Shown: in pieces, positions 56,955 to 60,841 of the stretch
Layout: the number at the start of each line of letters is the position of its first letter
Position numbering within the stretch: position 1 is the stretch's first letter
NCBI GenBank assembly: GCA_016839785.1
Contig: JAEOTQ010000155.1
Span: 1-60,841 of the forward strand
Reading direction: 5' to 3'
DNA from: Candidatus Hodarchaeota archaeon
GTDB lineage: Archaea; Asgardarchaeota; Heimdallarchaeia; Hodarchaeales; Hodarchaeaceae
Length of the DNA: 60,841 nucleotides
The notes under the pieces: model-generated
The model's database searches: none
Seen by the model: only the letters and a program-made list of their open reading frames with translations
What the model was told of the DNA's origin: nothing
Position numbers and translations under genes: made by a program

Positions 56955-57032
56955 AGCCTCCGTTAGGTTCTGCGTTTATACGAATCATCTGATTCACGCA
57001 ACATTCCAGAATGGAGATACTTATTGGAGGCT
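56955..57032 (-). promoter_or_regulatory. Structured 5' leader of rpl15e (candidate r-protein autoregulatory element)
   Basis: On the mRNA strand AGCCTCC pairs with GGAGGCT, which contains the RBS, and encloses a TGCGT-GAATC/GATTC-ACGCA stem. Confidence 0.5.
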
Positions 57033-57328
57033 CGTTTGTTGACTATTTTAAAAGCTCCCGAGTAGAATGGATTCCATTCTCACTTTTTCTTAATCCTCTG
57101 AGGTACCAATTTTAGTTCTAGCCTCACTCTAACTGAATATCTAGTAAACTCAATATACCATGATTTGAGAAATTTCCTCTTCGAAAATACTACGTAATCT
57201 CGTAGTATACTCTGGTTTCTTATATTTTAATTTCATTATTCAAATCAGGTAGGCTTACGTGAAAGAACCAATATTTAAGCTGAAAATGAATTTCTTGATC
57301 CCTTTAAAAATCGAGGAGTAGTATAATT

Positions 57329-58300
57329 ATGCAAACAAGTAATAGTTTAAAGAGAATATTAGTCTCAGATCCATTAGATCCATCTGCAATAGCAGAATTA
57401 AAAAAAGAGTTTGAAGTTATTGAGAAACACTATTCTCCTGAAGAATTAAAAAAGGAAATCACTCAATTCCATGCTCTAATAGTGCGAAGTGCGACAAAAG
57501 TAACTCGTGATATTATCAATAATGGAGCTCAATTAGAGGTAATTGGTAGAGCAGGAATTGGAGTGGATAATATAAATGTCCAAGCAGCCCTTAAGAAAGG
57601 TATTCTTGTTGTTAATGCTCCAGGATCTTCTTCAGTATCCGTAGCAGAACTTACAATGGCTTTTATGTTAGCACTTTGCAGTAAATTAGTTCATGTGACA
57701 AATAAAACTAAATTGGATGACTACCCAAAGGAAAAAACCCTTAGATCGGAACTTTATGGGAAAACACTGGGATGTATTGGATGTGGAAAAATTGGTAAAG
57801 AAGTAATTGCCAGAGCCAACGTATTCGGGATGAAATGCTTGGTTTATTCCCCAAATTCTCCCTTTAAAGCAACAGAGAATCTTGACATAGAAATTACTAA
57901 AGATTTAGATTATCTACTGCAGACATCGGATTTTGTAACCATTCACACAAAATTAAAACCAGAATCTCATAATCTAATCAGTAAACGTGAGCTGTCACTC
58001 ATGAAGCCGACTGCTTATCTCATAAATTGTGCACGTGGGGGTATCGTAGATGAAGATGCTTTATATTATTCCTTAAAAGAAGGAAAGATTGCTGGAGCGG
58101 CATTAGATGTGTACGCAGATGAACCAATAAGAGATAACAAATTATTTGAATTGGAAAATATCTATGCATCACCCCATATCGGTGCCTCCACGACTGAAGC
58201 CCAGGAGCGAGTCGGAAAAATCATTATTGATCAAGTGAGAAAAGTTCTACAAGGCATTCAGCCAGATTTCTTGGTTAAAGATTCTTATTTCTCTGGATAA
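57329..58300 (+). CDS. serA: D-3-phosphoglycerate/2-hydroxyacid dehydrogenase (no regulatory domain)
   Basis: VRSATKVT, GRAGIGVDNI, GCGKIG, NCARGGIVDE, LDVY..EP and PHIGAST.EAQ. Confidence 0.85.
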   Translation: MQTSNSLKRILVSDPLDPSAIAELKKEFEVIEKHYSPEELKKEITQFHALIVRSATKVTRDIINNGAQLEVIGRAGIGVDNINVQAALKKGILVVNAPGSSSVSVAELTMAFMLALCSKLVHVTNKTKLDDYPKEKTLRSELYGKTLGCIGCGKIGKEVIARANVFGMKCLVYSPNSPFKATENLDIEITKDLDYLLQTSDFVTIHTKLKPESHNLISKRELSLMKPTAYLINCARGGIVDEDALYYSLKEGKIAGAALDVYADEPIRDNKLFELENIYASPHIGASTTEAQERVGKIIIDQVRKVLQGIQPDFLVKDSYFSG

Positions 58301-58331
58301 ATTGTGTAAACCTGAATTTCTATACGGTGTC

Positions 58332-60839
58332 CTATTCTTTGGACTTTAACCGGCTTATCGAGATCTCTAAAGCTCCTTTCAGGGAATAAAGAAATAAATA
58401 TCCCTTAGAAGTAATATTATAATATTTAAAACGCGCATCTTGGATGAAAGAAGGTTTTATGTGAGATTTGATAAATTCTAAATCAGCTAATTTTCTTATT
58501 TCATCGGATATGGTTGTAGGGGGAATATTGAGACTTTGAGAGAGCTTAGTTGGATTAGTTTCTTGTATATCTTGATAAGCCATCTCAATCAATACTAATG
58601 CGGTTCTGCCTTTTATTGATTTCAAGATTTCTTGGATTTCAGGGGGAAAATATGGGATCAATGAGAAGTTCTCACTAGTATCAAGTTGTTCAGAAATTGA
58701 TTGAGGTTCAATGAGTGGAGTGCTTGGTGATGCTGGAATAATATCAGATTTTATATTTTCTAAACCAATTATCACTTTGTGATAAATTGCTCTCAAAAAC
58801 TCGATCTGGTCTGACTGAAAATATTCAATAAAGGGTACAGGGGCTTTAAATTTTAAATTATAAGACACAATTACTAAAATGAGTGCAATAGACAGACCTA
58901 CTACAAAAAATAATCGTATAAGGTTCTCATTTGAACTTGGACTTTGAAAATCTAATGTGAAGATGGCATCTGAGGTGTCTTCTACTGTTAATTGACCGCA
59001 GGAGGCAACAACTTTGATTAAACAACTCCTACTATTATAATCAGTACTAACTATATCCCAGTTAAAACGAGTATCTGTAATATTCGATACGATTTTAATC
59101 CATGATTCACCATTTTCCTTGGATAAATATATTGAATACGAAATTGGATGATCCCATGAATCAATTGGTGCGATCCAGTATACTCTTATTAATGAATTTA
59201 GCGATTCTCCTCCATTAGGGGAAATAATCACTGGAGGTAGAAGTAAATGACTAAGCGGAGGATTAGCATGAACTAAAGGATAGTAATCATAATTATCTTC
59301 AGAAAGATCAATATAGTAGGGGAGATCAGTAAAACCGTCAGCATTAACATCAGGTGTAATCCAATCACTCCAAAAGTTAAAAATAAATAGATTATTGAAT
59401 CCAAAATCAGTTGCTTGGATATTTCCATTATTGTTATCAGTAAAATCATTGAACTTAATAGTATTATTACCTGCATATTCTGCAATCTCAATCCCATAGG
59501 AAGTGGTGTTGACAATTATATTATGGGTTAGAGAATTATTATTGGAATCCATAGATAGAAAAAATCCTACCCGATTGTTAAAAACCGAATTAGACGAAAA
59601 AATGTTGTCACTGCTCTCTAAAGCTTGCAATCCTATTCCGCGATGATTTGAAACCGTATTATTCATTATAAAATTATTCTTCGACCCCCCTATACATGTA
59701 ATTCCATAAGAAAACACCTCTTGCTCCCCTTCAACATAAATATGGTTATTAATGAGTGTGTTATTAATACAAGCCCGAAGTTCAATTCCTATGACTGTAT
59801 TGATTATACTATTATTGGAGATAATGTTATCATCTGATAGACGTGGAGCAATACCGAAAGCAAGATCCGAAATTGTGTTGTTAAAGATTTTAGCACCCCC
59901 TTGACCCTGACCTTGAAGTGTTATTCCCCCTGCTGAAGGGTACTCATTAGGATCATGAGCTTTCGTAATAGTATTATTAAAAATGGTGGTGTTTGCAGAA
60001 TACCTTAAAAAAATTCCAGCAATTGTTATATTGGAGATATAGTTTCCTTTTATGATGTTATTCTTTGAATACCAAAGAAAAAGTTGAACATCCACATTAC
60101 TGTGAATTAGATTTTCTTCAATAAGATTATTGCTGGTGGAAATTCCATCAATAGCACCAAAGAAACCAATTCCTTTGTCTCCATTAAACGAAACGATATT
60201 TTTTTCTATTATATTGTATGGACCAGAGACGTGAATCCCAGTCTTAGTATTATTATGCACTAAATTCTTGATTAACCTGTTTTCCGCGGAACCTTCGTGA
60301 AGATAAATCCCCATATAATGATTAAATGAGAGATTATTGTATATAACAGTATTATTATGTGAGGAACTCAAGGAGATTCCCTGCCATGCGTTTCCATAAA
60401 CAGTATTATTCGAAATTAAGTTTTCATCAGCAAACCAAAGATTAATTCCACCCGAATTGTTGAAAACTGTATTATTAATTATTTGATTATTACTTGAAAG
60501 TAGAAGTTCAGTTTCAACTGAGGAATTCAACTGGATTCCATTATAATCATTCCCAGAAATAAAATTATTAGAAATTTGGTTTTCTTGAGAATTATTAAGA
60601 TTTACCCCATAACAACCGTTATTATTGACCGTATTATTGATAATCTGATTATAATGGGAATTTTCCAAGAGGAAGCCTTCAGAATTCCCTTCTATAATGT
60701 TCTGGCTGAAACTACAATTATTACTTGACTGTAAATTAACACCAGTCCAACCATTATACTTGACTGTATTTAACGAAAACTCGATAAACATTGCTTCTGA
60801 GATGGTGACCCCCATGTCGTTATTGCTGATGTCGTTGCT
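58332..60839 (-). CDS. Parallel beta-helix (NosD/CASH) ectodomain, Ig-like domain, TM helix and cytoplasmic wHTH (partial, N-terminus beyond the window end)
   Basis: Many NN.I.NN...GI.L repeats; PPVIISPNGGE Ig/FN3-like module; TM LFFVVGLSIALILVIV; C-terminal TNPTKLSQSLNIPPTTISDEIRKL...YNITSKG. The frame stays open to the window edge (SNDISNND upstream of M at 60815). Confidence 0.85.
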   Translation of the reverse strand, partial: SNDISNNDMGVTISEAMFIEFSLNTVKYNGWTGVNLQSSNNCSFSQNIIEGNSEGFLLENSHYNQIINNTVNNNGCYGVNLNNSQENQISNNFISGNDYNGIQLNSSVETELLLSSNNQIINNTVFNNSGGINLWFADENLISNNTVYGNAWQGISLSSSHNNTVIYNNLSFNHYMGIYLHEGSAENRLIKNLVHNNTKTGIHVSGPYNIIEKNIVSFNGDKGIGFFGAIDGISTSNNLIEENLIHSNVDVQLFLWYSKNNIIKGNYISNITIAGIFLRYSANTTIFNNTITKAHDPNEYPSAGGITLQGQGQGGAKIFNNTISDLAFGIAPRLSDDNIISNNSIINTVIGIELRACINNTLINNHIYVEGEQEVFSYGITCIGGSKNNFIMNNTVSNHRGIGLQALESSDNIFSSNSVFNNRVGFFLSMDSNNNSLTHNIIVNTTSYGIEIAEYAGNNTIKFNDFTDNNNGNIQATDFGFNNLFIFNFWSDWITPDVNADGFTDLPYYIDLSEDNYDYYPLVHANPPLSHLLLPPVIISPNGGESLNSLIRVYWIAPIDSWDHPISYSIYLSKENGESWIKIVSNITDTRFNWDIVSTDYNSRSCLIKVVASCGQLTVEDTSDAIFTLDFQSPSSNENLIRLFFVVGLSIALILVIVSYNLKFKAPVPFIEYFQSDQIEFLRAIYHKVIIGLENIKSDIIPASPSTPLIEPQSISEQLDTSENFSLIPYFPPEIQEILKSIKGRTALVLIEMAYQDIQETNPTKLSQSLNIPPTTISDEIRKLADLEFIKSHIKPSFIQDARFKYYNITSKGYLFLYSLKGALEISISRLKSKE

Positions 60840-60841
60840 TA

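Noticed and set aside
2231-59515. Many short ORFs in the track that overlap longer genes on the opposite strand or in another frame (e.g. 2231-2512, 7150-7482, 13431-13778, 25623-25943, 35098-35565, 56252-56482)
   Set aside because: They are shadows of well-supported genes, with no recognisable motifs or RBS.
58900-60841. Repetitive TTATT/ATTATT pattern resembling a repeat array
   Set aside because: It is explained by Asn/Ile-rich beta-helix coding repeats; it is not a CRISPR array.

Overview
AT-rich archaeal chromosomal segment with about 60 densely packed genes. Informational genes are archaeal (aIF2alpha/beta, eS8, eS27, eL15, GINS, PolB1, EndA, Pop5/Rpp30, archaeal ThrRS, Cgi121, Nop10/Gar1). 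Many eukaryotic-signature proteins (ubiquitin-like cascade, ESCRT-II-like, Arf-like GTPases, roadblocks, Get3, TRAP-beta-like, CCDC47-like) point to an Asgard archaeon, probably Heimdallarchaeia; this taxonomy is inference. Main highlights: (1) a 10 kb cluster at 34.1-44.3 kb with a complete ubiquitin-like conjugation set (GG-ending modifier with UFM1-like features, UBA3-like E1, E2, UEV, JAMM protease, and a winged-helix-repeat/RING protein resembling UFL1) next to ESCRT-II-like, SPFH, CCDC47-like and two Arf-like genes, a candidate ancestral translocon/membrane quality-control system; (2) an unannotated tRNA-Thr(GGU) split by three introns, with an EndA in the same window carrying the loop linked to broad splicing specificity; (3) a polyproline protein with a WH2-like/W-acidic tail; (4) an apparently dead LAGLIDADG-fold protein fused to a coiled coil and wHTH; (5) a beta-helix/TM/wHTH membrane-tethered regulator. 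All family calls come from motif recognition and remembered reference sequences; no searches were run. No CRISPR array, rRNA or transposase was seen.
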